From contig ONLY01000010.1 of the NCBI GenBank assembly GCA_900318775.1, positions 5,620 through 69,619 on the forward strand: a stretch of DNA of 64,000 nt. The letters run 5' to 3'. Position numbers and translations under genes: made by a program. Every line of letters begins with the position of its first letter. Positions within the stretch are counted from its first letter, which is position 1. The stretch comes from an uncultured Prevotellaceae bacterium. GTDB lineage: Bacteria; Bacteroidota; Bacteroidia; Bacteroidales; Bacteroidaceae. Below, piece after piece: positions 36,662 to 46,613 of the stretch. The notes beneath the pieces were generated by a model. It saw only the letters and a program-made list of their open reading frames with translations, had not been told where the DNA came from and did no database searches.

Positions 36662-37924
36662 TTAGAGGGAGATGTTCTGCAGGAATGAGATGAGCACACC
36701 TGCTGCAACAGCTGAACCAATCACACCTGACACGTTGGAAGACATGCAGTAGTTGAGCACGTGGTTCTTGGGGTCGTACTTGGTGGAAATCTCGTTGCAG
36801 ACACGTGATGCCATTGGCACGGCTGAAAGGCCGGTAGCACCAATGAGCGGGTTGATCTTCTTCTTGGAGAAGAGGTTGGTTAACTTCACCATGCAGATGC
36901 CTGACGCGATGGAGAGACCGAAAGCGAAGAATCCGCCTACCACGATGCCGATAGTAGTCCAGTTGAGGAATGCCTGTACGGTCATGGTTGCACCTACACA
37001 AAGACCAAGGAACACGGTTGCGGTGTTCATGATGGAATTGGAGATGGTGTCGAAAAGACGGCTGGTGTCTGAACCAATTTCCTTCAAGAGGTTACCGAAC
37101 ATGAGCATGCCGATGAGCGATACTGCTGATGGCACGAGCAAGGCCACGATGGTTGTCACTGCGATTGGGAATATAATCTTGATGACTTTCTCGTTCTTGA
37201 TCTTGTTGGCTGAGGGGAAGAGCTTGTCCTGCTCTTTCATGTTAATCTTCAGTTCCTTCTCAGAACAGAGCATCTTCACCACGAGTGGGATGATGACTGG
37301 TACGAGAGCCATGTAGCTGTAGGCTGCAATGGCGATAGGAGCCAAGAGGTGTGGAGCTAGCTTGATGGTGGTGAAGATGGCTGTTGGGCCGTCGGCGCCA
37401 CCGATGATGCCGAGTGATGCAGCTTCCTTGATGTTGAACTGTCCTGATGCCACTGCGATGATGAGCACTGCGAAGATACCCATCTGTGCGGCTGCACCGA
37501 AGATGGACAGGCGGAGATTGCGCAGCATAGGACCGAAGTCGGTGAGGGCACCCACGCCCATGAAGATGACTGGAGGCAGGAAGCCTGTCTTGATGAGCAT
37601 GTAGTAGAGGAAGTTCATCAGACCGAGGTCGTGCGCAATCTGGGGAAGCGACATTTCCCAGATGTTTTCTGCCAGCACTTTGCCTTCTGCGTTGATGATG
37701 CGTCCAGCTTCGTCTGCCTGATACACGCCCATGTCACCGCCTGGGAAGTTGGCGATGAGCACGCCGAAGGCAATGGGGATGAGCAGCAGGGGCTCGAAGT
37801 GCTTGACGATGCCGAGGTACAGGAGCACAAAGGCGAGCAAGTACATGACAAGGTATGTACCATTGGCGGCGATGATGTCGCTGAATGCCGTCATCTGGTA
37901 TATGTTATTCAGTATTTCTTCCAT
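36662..37924 (-). CDS. oadB: Na+-translocating decarboxylase beta subunit (OadB/MmdB/GcdB family)
   Basis: 420-aa polytopic protein with the family-typical N-terminus and conserved DGPT segment (IIGGADGPTAIF). Confidence 0.88.
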   Translation of the reverse strand: MEEILNNIYQMTAFSDIIAANGTYLVMYLLAFVLLYLGIVKHFEPLLLIPIAFGVLIANFPGGDMGVYQADEAGRIINAEGKVLAENIWEMSLPQIAHDLGLMNFLYYMLIKTGFLPPVIFMGVGALTDFGPMLRNLRLSIFGAAAQMGIFAVLIIAVASGQFNIKEAASLGIIGGADGPTAIFTTIKLAPHLLAPIAIAAYSYMALVPVIIPLVVKMLCSEKELKINMKEQDKLFPSANKIKNEKVIKIIFPIAVTTIVALLVPSAVSLIGMLMFGNLLKEIGSDTSRLFDTISNSIMNTATVFLGLCVGATMTVQAFLNWTTIGIVVGGFFAFGLSIASGICMVKLTNLFSKKKINPLIGATGLSAVPMASRVCNEISTKYDPKNHVLNYCMSSNVSGVIGSAVAAGVLISFLQNISL

Positions 37925-38036
37925 TTGTTGTTCTGTGTAAAGCGAGAAGTGAATTGCGGATAATCTATGTTGCAGACATTCCCCGTCACTTGCTCACTTA
38001 TTAATAATAGGGTTGTTTTCGCTTCATGAAGCCTGC

Positions 38037-39878
38037 TTATACAAACTTCATGATTGGGTCGTCCTCTTCTACTGAGTCGCCTGAGTTGACGAGGATGGCT
38101 GTGATGGTGCCTGCCTTGTCGGCGCGGATGGCGTTGAAGGTCTTCATGGCCTCGATGTAGCCGAGTGTCTCGCCTGCCTGCACGGTGTCGCCTGCCTTCT
38201 TTGGTGTCTCAGAGTTGTCCTTCACGAGGTAGAACTTGCCTTCGAGTGGAGCGAGGATGTCTTCGCCTTCGCCTGCTGGAGCGGTTGCGGGAGCTGCACC
38301 TGCTGCTGGAGCTGCTGGAGCTGCGTCGCCGTATGCGATTTCTACCTTGTAGTTCACGCCATTCACCTGAACGGTCACGCTCTTAGGCCCTTCGGCACCT
38401 GCTGCTGGAGCGTTCTTGGCTGCTTTGCGCTTTGCGAGGTCTTCCTCGAAGTCTGCCTTCGCCTTGCCGCTCTTGTAAGCACGGTACTGCTCTGGGTGCA
38501 TAGCGAGCTCAAAGAGCTCTTCGTCGTCCTGACCCAGCTCCCATCCGTTCTGCTTCATTTCCTCACGGAACTCGTCGAGCTTGTCGGGGAAGTATGATTG
38601 TGGGTCTTGTGTCTCGAACTCACGGCCCTGTTCTTTGGCCATCTCAATGAGCTCTGGCGCAACTGGGCCAGGCAGCTGACCTGCCTTGCCGAGAATCATG
38701 TCCCAGATGGTGTCGGCAATCATGCTCCAGCGGGCTTTGCCTTTCTCCATCTGCATCACGTTCATCAGGGCGAGGTTCTTCACGTACTGTGAGAATGGGG
38801 TCACAAGGCATGGATAACCTACCTTTGGCCATACGTATGCTACCTCGTCGAAGAGCTTGATGAGGAGGTCGTCGGTGGTGAGTTCTGGCTGTCCGTTCTT
38901 CACCTTCCACTTGTTGAGTGACTTGAGGTTGTCCTCAAGGTCGGTCATCAGCGAACCCATCATGCCGCCTGGAAGACCTGGCTTCACGAGGAGTGAGTTG
39001 TTGATGTGGTTGAGGTCTGGGATGTAGTAGCCGAGGAAGTCGTCGCACATCTCCTGAATCTGGGTGCGCACTTCCATATAGGCTGCCATATTGATTTCCT
39101 TCACCTTGAAGCCTGCGTCCTTCAGCATCTCCTGCACGGCGATGATGTCAGCGTGTCCTGTGCCCCAAGAGAGTGGTGACATGCCTGTGTCCACGTAGTC
39201 ACAGCCAGCGTTGCAGACTTCGAGGATGGATGCCATGTTGAAGCCTGGGCCTGCGTGTGAGTGGTACTGGATGACGATGTCTTTCTTGATGTTCTTGATG
39301 CCTTCCACAATCTTGCCGAGTGATACGGGACGGCCGATGCCTGCCATATCCTTCAGACAGATTTCGTCGGCGCCAGCCTCGATGAACTGCTTGGCGAGGT
39401 TGACGTAGTATTCTACGGTGTGGATAGGGGAGTATGTGATGCAGAGAGAGGCCTGGGCAATCATGCCAGCTTCTTTTGCATACTGGATAGATGGAATGAC
39501 GTTGCGTGGGTCATTCAAGCCACAGAAAATGCGGGTGATGTCGGTGCCCTGGGCTTTCTTCACCTTGTAGAAAAGCTTGCGTACGTCTTTTGGGCATGGG
39601 CTCATGCGGAGGCCGTTGAGTGCACGGTCGAGCATGTGTGTCTGGATGCCTGCCTCATGGAAAGGCTTTGTCCATTCACGTACAGACTTGTTTGGGTTCT
39701 CTCCGTAGAGGAGGTTCACTTGCTCGAAACCACCACCGTTCGTTTCAACGCGGTCGAAACATCCCATCTTGATGATAGCTGGAGCTACTTTTACGAGCTG
39801 GTCAACACGAGGCTGATACTTGCCAGCGCTCTGCCACATGTCGCGGAAGACCAGTGAGAACTTTACTTCTTTTGCCAT
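38037..39878 (-). CDS. oadA: Oxaloacetate decarboxylase alpha / pyruvate carboxylase subunit B-type carboxyltransferase with a C-terminal biotinyl domain
   Basis: HMGL-like TIM-barrel N-domain (FRDMWQS, CLKDMAGIGRP), an Ala/Pro linker, and the biotin attachment site EAMKT. Confidence 0.88.
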   Translation of the reverse strand: MAKEVKFSLVFRDMWQSAGKYQPRVDQLVKVAPAIIKMGCFDRVETNGGGFEQVNLLYGENPNKSVREWTKPFHEAGIQTHMLDRALNGLRMSPCPKDVRKLFYKVKKAQGTDITRIFCGLNDPRNVIPSIQYAKEAGMIAQASLCITYSPIHTVEYYVNLAKQFIEAGADEICLKDMAGIGRPVSLGKIVEGIKNIKKDIVIQYHSHAGPGFNMASILEVCNAGCDYVDTGMSPLSWGTGHADIIAVQEMLKDAGFKVKEINMAAYMEVRTQIQEMCDDFLGYYIPDLNHINNSLLVKPGLPGGMMGSLMTDLEDNLKSLNKWKVKNGQPELTTDDLLIKLFDEVAYVWPKVGYPCLVTPFSQYVKNLALMNVMQMEKGKARWSMIADTIWDMILGKAGQLPGPVAPELIEMAKEQGREFETQDPQSYFPDKLDEFREEMKQNGWELGQDDEELFELAMHPEQYRAYKSGKAKADFEEDLAKRKAAKNAPAAGAEGPKSVTVQVNGVNYKVEIAYGDAAPAAPAAGAAPATAPAGEGEDILAPLEGKFYLVKDNSETPKKAGDTVQAGETLGYIEAMKTFNAIRADKAGTITAILVNSGDSVEEDDPIMKFV

Positions 39879-39905
39879 ATCTTTGTAATGCTTAATAGTT
39901 TTTTC

Positions 39906-40175
39906 TTATAACTTTGTGATTTTATCTGCGCGTCCCTTGCCGCCAGTAATCTGGCTGATGGTGGCGTCAATGATTGCTTTTGTGGTAGCGTCAATACTTG
40001 CAATAGCTTTGGCGGCTGGCGCAGCCTTCTTGGCTACTGTTTCTTCGGGGGCCCACTTGTTGACAGCCCAGATGAGCAACTTGCCGAGATTGATCACGAT
40101 GAGCAGTACAATGAACACTGTGACCATACCGACAACAAGGAGCTGCAAAGCTCCATAAATGTCATTTGTAATCAT
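39906..40175 (-). CDS. oadG: OadG-family gamma subunit
   Basis: 89 aa with a single N-terminal TM helix (LLVVGMVTVFIVLLIV), first gene of the operon. A TAACTTTG box lies upstream. Confidence 0.75.
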   Translation of the reverse strand: MITNDIYGALQLLVVGMVTVFIVLLIVINLGKLLIWAVNKWAPEETVAKKAAPAAKAIASIDATTKAIIDATISQITGGKGRADKITKL

Positions 40176-40351
40176 ATTGAGTTAGTTTAATTTAATCTTT
40201 CTACGTTAAAAAAACCGTACAAAGTTACGAATAAATCTCTATATTTTAGTGATTATGCAAAACCTTTTTTGCAAAAAGGAGGAAAAAGAGCTGACGGTTT
40301 GAGAAAATAGTTGTAACTTTGTCGAAATTTCAATCAATAACTAACTAATTT

Positions 40352-41713
40352 ATGGAACAAGTATTTGCTTATGTAATCAGTCTTGGCGCTGCCGTGATGA
40401 TGCCTATCCTCTTTACCATTATAGGATTGTGCATTGGCATGAAGTTTGGCAAGGCTCTGAAGAGTGGTCTTTTCGTGGGTGTGGGTTTTATAGGACTTAA
40501 TGTGGTGACCAAGCTGCTGACTGACAATTTTTCTTCTCCGCTGGAGAGCATTTCAGACTTGTACCACTGGTCGCTGCAGGTGTTTGATATGGGATGGCCT
40601 GCCGCTGCTGCCGTGGCGTACAATACGGCTGTGGGCGCGCTCATCATTCCTATCTTGCTGGGTGTGAATTTCCTGCTGCTTATTACTAGATGTACGCGTA
40701 CCGTTAATATTGACTTGTGGAACTACTGGCACTTCGCGTTTATTGGCGCCGTTGCGTATTTTGTAATGGGCGAGTCGCTTGCATGGGGCTATTTCGCTGC
40801 CATTGTCTGCTATATTGTGACTCTGGTGATGGCCGACCTGACCGCAGAGAAGTTCCAGAAGCACTATGACTTGCCGGGCATTTCCATTCCTCAGCCTTTC
40901 TGCCAGAGTTTCACACCGTTTGCCATTTTGGTTGACAAGGCTCTGAACCTGATTCCTGGGTTCTCTAAGCTGGATGTGGATGCGGAAGGCTTGAAACGCA
41001 AGTTCGGTGTGCTGGGAGAGCCTCTTGTGCTGGGTGTGATTGTAGGTGTGCTGATTGGTGCGGCTGCTCAGCTGGATATCAAGGTTATTTTGATTCTGGG
41101 TGTCACGATGGGCGCTGTGATGGAACTGATTCCTCGTATCACAAGCCTCTTCATTGATGGCTTGAAGCCTATCGCAGAGAAGACACAGGAGGTGGTGAAA
41201 AAGAAATTTAAGGGCAAGAAGGTTTATATCGGCATGTCGCCCGCTTTAGTGATTGGACATCCTACCACGCTGGTGTGCTCTGTCATTCTGATTCCGGTGA
41301 TTCTGGCTGTAGCGGTCGTTGTGCCTGGCAACCAGTTCCTTCCTTTGGCTTCGCTGGCTGGCATGTTTTATCTGTTCCCGCTCATCCTTCCGTTCACGAA
41401 GGGCAATGTGGTGAAGAGTCTGGTGGTGGGCTTTGTTGCTTTGGTGGCAGGCCTCTACTTTGTGACTGATATGGCTCCTGCTTTCACACAGGCTGCTCAT
41501 GAGGTGTATGCTGCTACGAAGAATGATGCCGCCCGAATCCCTGAAGGGTTTGAGGCTGGCGCGCTTGACTTTGCGTCCAGCTTGCTTGGCTGGGTGATTT
41601 ACAAGTGTGTGGCTTCGCTGGAGTGGATTGGCGCCGGTGTGCTCACGCTGATTACGGTGGGTATGTTGGTGTGGAACCGCATGCGCATTGTGAAGGAAGA
41701 AAAGGCTGAATGA
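40352..41713 (+). CDS. PTS galactitol-family EIIC-like permease (orphan; no EIIA/EIIB in the window)
   Basis: 453-aa polytopic protein. Its N-terminus aligns by eye with E. coli GatC ([12 protein letters not shown]...[18 protein letters not shown]). Confidence 0.8.
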   Translation: MEQVFAYVISLGAAVMMPILFTIIGLCIGMKFGKALKSGLFVGVGFIGLNVVTKLLTDNFSSPLESISDLYHWSLQVFDMGWPAAAAVAYNTAVGALIIPILLGVNFLLLITRCTRTVNIDLWNYWHFAFIGAVAYFVMGESLAWGYFAAIVCYIVTLVMADLTAEKFQKHYDLPGISIPQPFCQSFTPFAILVDKALNLIPGFSKLDVDAEGLKRKFGVLGEPLVLGVIVGVLIGAAAQLDIKVILILGVTMGAVMELIPRITSLFIDGLKPIAEKTQEVVKKKFKGKKVYIGMSPALVIGHPTTLVCSVILIPVILAVAVVVPGNQFLPLASLAGMFYLFPLILPFTKGNVVKSLVVGFVALVAGLYFVTDMAPAFTQAAHEVYAATKNDAARIPEGFEAGALDFASSLLGWVIYKCVASLEWIGAGVLTLITVGMLVWNRMRIVKEEKAE

Positions 41714-41805
41714 CTATTACATTGACTAACATAACAACACAACCTATGAAGAAAGTATTTACAAGTTTTGCCCTGATGCTGGGCGCTTTGGGCATGAACG
41801 CCCAG

Positions 41806-42720
41806 ATGAATGTGAACTTTCAGAAGGCTTGCCATCCTGATGATGTGAAGCATTATGACACACAGACTCTCCGTGACCGCTTCGTGATGGAGAAGGTGAT
41901 GGCTCCGGATGAAATCAACTTGACGTATTCGATGTATGACCGCTTTATCTTTGGCGGCGCTATGCCTGTCACGAAGGACTTGAAGCTGGAGACATTCCCC
42001 GAGCTGCGTGCTCCTTATTTCTTGCATAACCGCGAGATTGGCATTGTCAACACAGCGGGAGATGGTGTGGTGATTGTGGATGGCGTGGAATATCCTTTGG
42101 GAGAGAAGGAAGCGCTTTACATTGGCCGAGGCAATTTGGGCAAGGATAAGAACGGCAAGGAAATAGAGTCGAACCAGGAGGTGATATTCCGCTCGAAGGA
42201 CCCTAAGAAGCCTGCTAAGTTCTATATCAACTCTGCTACTGCCCACAAGCACTACAAGACACAGTGGGTGACGCTTGACGGACGCAAAAACGGCAAGGTG
42301 CAATCGCTGAAGGCTACGGTGATGCGCAATCTCGGTTCGCTGGAGGAGTCGAACAGACGTACGATTTACCAGCTCATCGTGAACACGTCGCTGGAGGAAG
42401 GTCCTTGCCAATTGCAGCTGGGACTCACACAACTGGAGCCAGGCTCTGTGTGGAACACGATGCCTCCTCACACGCATGGACGCCGCATCGAGGCCTACTA
42501 CTACTTCAACCTGCCCGAAACTCAGACCATCAGTCATGTGATGGGTGAGCCTCAGGAAAGCCGTGTGGTGTGGCTGCACAATGAGCAGGCTATCATGTCG
42601 CCTGAATGGTCCATTCACGCTGCTTCTGCCACCTACTATTACACGTTTATCTGGGGTATGGCTGGCGAAAATCTTGATTATAACGATAAGGATGTCATAA
42701 AGGTAAGTGATATCAAATAA
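41806..42720 (+). CDS. kduI: 5-dehydro-4-deoxy-D-glucuronate isomerase; in-frame upstream ATGs at 41710 and 41746
   Basis: Collinear with E. coli KduI starting at MNVNFQ: [48 protein letters not shown] and FIWGMAGEN. Confidence 0.9.
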   Translation: MNVNFQKACHPDDVKHYDTQTLRDRFVMEKVMAPDEINLTYSMYDRFIFGGAMPVTKDLKLETFPELRAPYFLHNREIGIVNTAGDGVVIVDGVEYPLGEKEALYIGRGNLGKDKNGKEIESNQEVIFRSKDPKKPAKFYINSATAHKHYKTQWVTLDGRKNGKVQSLKATVMRNLGSLEESNRRTIYQLIVNTSLEEGPCQLQLGLTQLEPGSVWNTMPPHTHGRRIEAYYYFNLPETQTISHVMGEPQESRVVWLHNEQAIMSPEWSIHAASATYYYTFIWGMAGENLDYNDKDVIKVSDIK

Positions 42721-42750
42721 AGAATTGGTCGAAATACTATTGCAGAAGTT

Positions 42751-42788
42751 AACAGCTCTGTCTCTGTATGAGATGGAGCTGTTTTTTT
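42751..42788 (+). terminator. Intrinsic terminator after kduI
   Basis: Arms AACAGCTC / GAGCTGTT with further inner pairing, then a T7 run. Confidence 0.7.
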
Positions 42789-42910
42789 ATGTGTTTGTTT
42801 GTGTGTATGGCTATAATGTCGTAATTTTGTAGGCTAAAAGAAGGTCATCGTGTTGGGGAAGGTTCAGTCCTTCGAAAATTTCCTAAACTCGGTGATGAAT
42901 CGTACAGATT

Positions 42911-44506
42911 ATGCAGAAGCTTATTGAAATAAAGGGTGGGGAGGTGCGCCACCCGCTTTATCGAATGAATGCACCTGTCGATTTTGAACTGCAAGCTGGC
43001 GAGCAGCTGGCAATTGTGGGCGATAATGGTAGTGGAAAAACGCGGCTGGTGGATATCCTCATCGGCAAGTGTGCATTGATGCCTATGAATGGGGTACGTT
43101 ATGACTTCTCTCCCAGCAAGGCTAAGATGGTGAGCGATAATGTGAAGTACTTGTCTTTCCGTGACTCGTATGGCACGAATGAGGGTGTATATTACTACCA
43201 GCAGCGCTGGAATCAGAACGACATAGAAGAGACGCCTCTTGTGCGTGACTTGTTGGCAGAATCGTTTCGTATTGCCGAGGAGGGCCTGACAAGAAAATCT
43301 GTGTTTGACAAGTTTGTGGTACGTGACGAAACACCTGAGCAGGAAGCGGCGCGTTTGGAACAGGAGGCTGCTGCTAAGGAAGAGATGCATCGTGAACTGG
43401 AGAAAGTGAAAAAGCATCTGTTTGAGATTTTCCACCTTGAACAGTTGCTGGACAAGCATATCATCTTGCTGAGCAGCGGAGAATTGCGAAAGTTCCAATT
43501 GACGAAGACGTTGCTGACGAATCCAAGAGTCCTTATTATGGACAACCCTTTCATTGGCCTGGATGTGACGGCTCGCGCGCAGTTAGCAGAGTTCTTGACA
43601 TTGTTGACTCGTGAGACGAATGTGGCTGTTGTGTTGGTGCTGTCTAAGACTGATGATATCCCTGACTTCATCACGCATGTGGTGGAAGTGAAGGACATGA
43701 AGGTGGGGCAGAAAGTAACGCTGGCTGCTTACCGCGAAAGCTGCCATCCTGTGCCCACAAAGATGCTTTCTGCAGAGAAGGAGCAGGGCATCTTGGATTT
43801 GCCGTACGTGGAGGACGCTGAGCATGCAGCGCCTGGCACGCGGCAAGTAATTGATTTCCGCAAGGTGAATATCCGCTATGGAGAAAGGCATATCTTGAAG
43901 GACTTGAGTTTCACGGTGATGAATGGTGAACACTGGGCGCTGAGCGGAGAAAATGGTGCGGGCAAATCGACATTGCTGAGCATCGTATGTGCTGATAATC
44001 CACAGAGTTATGCGAATGATATAGTACTCTTTGGTCATCAGCGTGGTAAGGGGGAAAGCATTTGGGATATCAAAAAGCATATCGGCTACATCTCTCCTGA
44101 AATGCACCGTGCCTATATGAGGGATATTCCTGCTGTGGATATTGTTGCAAGTGGATTGAGTGACGTATCAGGACTCTATCGTAAGCCGAAACCCGAACAG
44201 CGGGCAGTGTGTGTGTTCTGGATGGATGTGTTTGGTATCGGAGATAAAGCAGATACGACATTCCTGAAGTTGAGCAGTGGCGAACAGCGGTTGGTGCTGT
44301 TGGCAAGGGCTTTTGTAAAGGATCCTTCATTGCTGATTCTGGATGAACCCCTGCATGGACTTGACTTGAAGAATCGCCGATTGGTGAAAGATGTCATTGA
44401 GGTGTTCTGCCAGCGAAAGAACAAAACGCTGCTGATGGTGACACACTATCGGGAAGAATTCCCTAATAATATTGATCATGAAATTTTCTTAAAGAAACAG
44501 AGATGA
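42911..44506 (+). CDS. modF: ModF-like tandem ABC ATPase (no membrane domain)
   Basis: Two cassettes: GDNGSGKT / LSSGELRK and GENGAGKST / LSSGEQRL. GESIWDIKKHIGYISPEMH closely matches E. coli ModF GETIWDIKKHIGYVSSSLH. Confidence 0.8.
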   Translation: MQKLIEIKGGEVRHPLYRMNAPVDFELQAGEQLAIVGDNGSGKTRLVDILIGKCALMPMNGVRYDFSPSKAKMVSDNVKYLSFRDSYGTNEGVYYYQQRWNQNDIEETPLVRDLLAESFRIAEEGLTRKSVFDKFVVRDETPEQEAARLEQEAAAKEEMHRELEKVKKHLFEIFHLEQLLDKHIILLSSGELRKFQLTKTLLTNPRVLIMDNPFIGLDVTARAQLAEFLTLLTRETNVAVVLVLSKTDDIPDFITHVVEVKDMKVGQKVTLAAYRESCHPVPTKMLSAEKEQGILDLPYVEDAEHAAPGTRQVIDFRKVNIRYGERHILKDLSFTVMNGEHWALSGENGAGKSTLLSIVCADNPQSYANDIVLFGHQRGKGESIWDIKKHIGYISPEMHRAYMRDIPAVDIVASGLSDVSGLYRKPKPEQRAVCVFWMDVFGIGDKADTTFLKLSSGEQRLVLLARAFVKDPSLLILDEPLHGLDLKNRRLVKDVIEVFCQRKNKTLLMVTHYREEFPNNIDHEIFLKKQR

Positions 44507-45087
44507 AAATTGTGTATTTTCACGGGTTTGGTTCCTCGCATGCGAGTGGAACTGTGGAGATTCTGAGAAGAGAATTGCCCAATGACGAAGTGGTGGCTCC
44601 GGATATTCCAGTTGATCCTGTGGAGGCTCTGCCTTATCTGAAGGAACTGTGTGAGCAGGAACAGCCAGACTTGATCATTGGTACAAGTATGGGCGGTATG
44701 TATGCTCAGCAAATGCGTTCTTTCAGACGAATTCTGGTTAATCCTGCTTTCACGATGTCAACGATGTCGAAGACATTTCGTACGGGTGAATATCATTTCT
44801 TTAGCGGACGATATGACGGCGCAAAGACGTTTAAGATTACAAAGGATATCATTCAGCACCATAATCAGATGGAGCGTCAGCAGTTTAAGAACATTTCTTC
44901 GGAGGAGAAAGAAACTTGTTGGTGCCTGGTGGGACTGCGTGACACTTCTGTAACGAATGCTGAGTCGCTGTTCAAGAAGAACTATTTGGCAGACCATGTG
45001 ATTCGTTTTGATGGTGAGCACCAATTGAATGACAAGGTTATTAAAAAGGTGCTGATTCCTCTTGTGGAACAGCTCCGAAATGCATGA
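44503..45087 (+). CDS. YqiA/YcfP-family alpha/beta hydrolase (esterase)
   Basis: MKIVYFHGFGSS and the nucleophile elbow GTSMGG. ATGA overlap with the modF-like stop. Confidence 0.75.
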   Translation: MKIVYFHGFGSSHASGTVEILRRELPNDEVVAPDIPVDPVEALPYLKELCEQEQPDLIIGTSMGGMYAQQMRSFRRILVNPAFTMSTMSKTFRTGEYHFFSGRYDGAKTFKITKDIIQHHNQMERQQFKNISSEEKETCWCLVGLRDTSVTNAESLFKKNYLADHVIRFDGEHQLNDKVIKKVLIPLVEQLRNA

Positions 45088-45177
45088 TGAAGTTTGTGCG
45101 GCAACTTTTGTCTAACCGAACTTGTTGAAGTTGAACATGAAGTTGCCTTTTGAATAATTTAGGGTTAATGTAATAGA

Positions 45178-45220
45178 AACAGGAGGAACCGCTTGTGAGC
45201 TGTTCCTCCTGTTATTTTAT
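45178..45220. terminator. Hairpin terminator between the convergent yqiA-like and DUF4270 genes
   Basis: 12-bp perfect arms AACAGGAGGAAC / GTTCCTCCTGTT followed by ATTTTAT. Confidence 0.6.
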
Positions 45221-45249
45221 GAAATTCGTTTCAAAGTTGAATCTCTATC

Positions 45250-46605
45250 TTAGCGGAAATTAGAGTAGATTACTTCCAGTTGAAGTGCATTTGCGTCACC
45301 GCCAACTAAGCGTGCACTACTCATGCTGAAGTCGTGATTCAGTTTTACAATCTTACCGCTTGAGTCGCTTGTCGTCTCCACTGGGATGATGAGAACCTTA
45401 TTCCAGTTCTCTGTGGCTTTTCCTTCTGCTTTTTCATGCGCCATGATGGTGACAAGATGTGCAATGTTGGGGAAGGTGTATGAGTTTGTGGCACTATTGA
45501 ATGTTGCCAAATAGGATTCCTTGTTGTCGTTCACTTGGTAGTTCTCGAAAAATCCATTTAGGTAGTCATCGAGTCGTACCATAAGCACCGTCTTTGGAAT
45601 GTTTAATTTGAAAGAGCTTTCCACTAAGTCGTTGTAGCGTGTTAGTGTGAACTTGGCAGAATTGATGGTGTCATTGACATTAATTTGCTCTGCAGGAATA
45701 GTTGCCATTGTGAAGATACCAGCAGGGCTCTTCAGATAAGTGGCACTGTGGTCTTCCAATAACTTTTCAAGGTTGGAGTTTTCAAAGCGAGTGGCTTCCA
45801 CCACAGCGTCTGTGGCTGCGAATGAGCACATTCCTATGGTATCTTTCTTGTATTCGTTGTCGTAATAGCGGAATGACAAATTAAGCTGTACAACATCAAT
45901 ATATGCCATTGCACCATCGCCACTTTCTAATTTGAAATACAAACCCTTACTGCATGGGTCTCCACTATTGAGCCAAGTGACTGTGTTCTTGAAGTGGTCT
46001 GGGTTCTCGTTGTAATCACGAATAATTTGGGTGCCTAAATCAACGGGAAGACTGACACGAATGTTGTTATTATAGCCACTTGCCCATCGTGCTGAGTCTG
46101 TCACCGTGCGGTCACTTAATGTGAACCACTTTGTGGCAATGGGTTTAGTGCTCTTGTCGTAATATTCTTCAGGAACAATGTTTGTGTAATAGTCAGCATT
46201 AGGGTCCAGTTGCTTGTTCAATTCGTATACACTGAGCTTGAAGGTTGCCAATGAGTCACCTACAAATTCTTTTACGAATAGACGGAGATCCATCTGTATG
46301 CATTCATTGTTGATGACAGTTGGCAGGCTGAATGATTCATCGCAGTGGAATTGAGCCATGAAATCGCTCTTGATGGTGGTGCCTGTCTCTGGGTCTGTGA
46401 AACGTCCCAAATAGGAAAGGCTTGTGCGTGCCAATACTGCATCACCTACAGCATAGGATTCTGTGGTGACGTCGTATGTCTGGTACTTTTTGGTGATAAT
46501 GTCAGTGGATGGCATCATGTCAACCCCTAATGTCGAGGTTTCATCATCACATGACATCAATGCAACCAATGCTATGGCCAATACAAACAGATGTGGAAGT
46601 CTCAT
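45250..46605 (-). CDS. DUF4270-family lipoprotein
   Basis: Lipobox ALMSCDD. LGVDMMPSTD...ARTSLSYLGRFTDPETGT is typical of the Bacteroidetes DUF4270 family, which I recall as usually following the short GT5 gene. Confidence 0.7.
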   Translation of the reverse strand: MRLPHLFVLAIALVALMSCDDETSTLGVDMMPSTDIITKKYQTYDVTTESYAVGDAVLARTSLSYLGRFTDPETGTTIKSDFMAQFHCDESFSLPTVINNECIQMDLRLFVKEFVGDSLATFKLSVYELNKQLDPNADYYTNIVPEEYYDKSTKPIATKWFTLSDRTVTDSARWASGYNNNIRVSLPVDLGTQIIRDYNENPDHFKNTVTWLNSGDPCSKGLYFKLESGDGAMAYIDVVQLNLSFRYYDNEYKKDTIGMCSFAATDAVVEATRFENSNLEKLLEDHSATYLKSPAGIFTMATIPAEQINVNDTINSAKFTLTRYNDLVESSFKLNIPKTVLMVRLDDYLNGFFENYQVNDNKESYLATFNSATNSYTFPNIAHLVTIMAHEKAEGKATENWNKVLIIPVETTSDSSGKIVKLNHDFSMSSARLVGGDANALQLEVIYSNFR

Positions 46606-46613
46606 GTCGTTTC

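Noticed and set aside
41599-42618. 339-aa minus-strand ORF opposite kduI
   Set aside because: It is in register with kduI and unrecognisable, while KduI itself is unambiguous. Shadow ORF.
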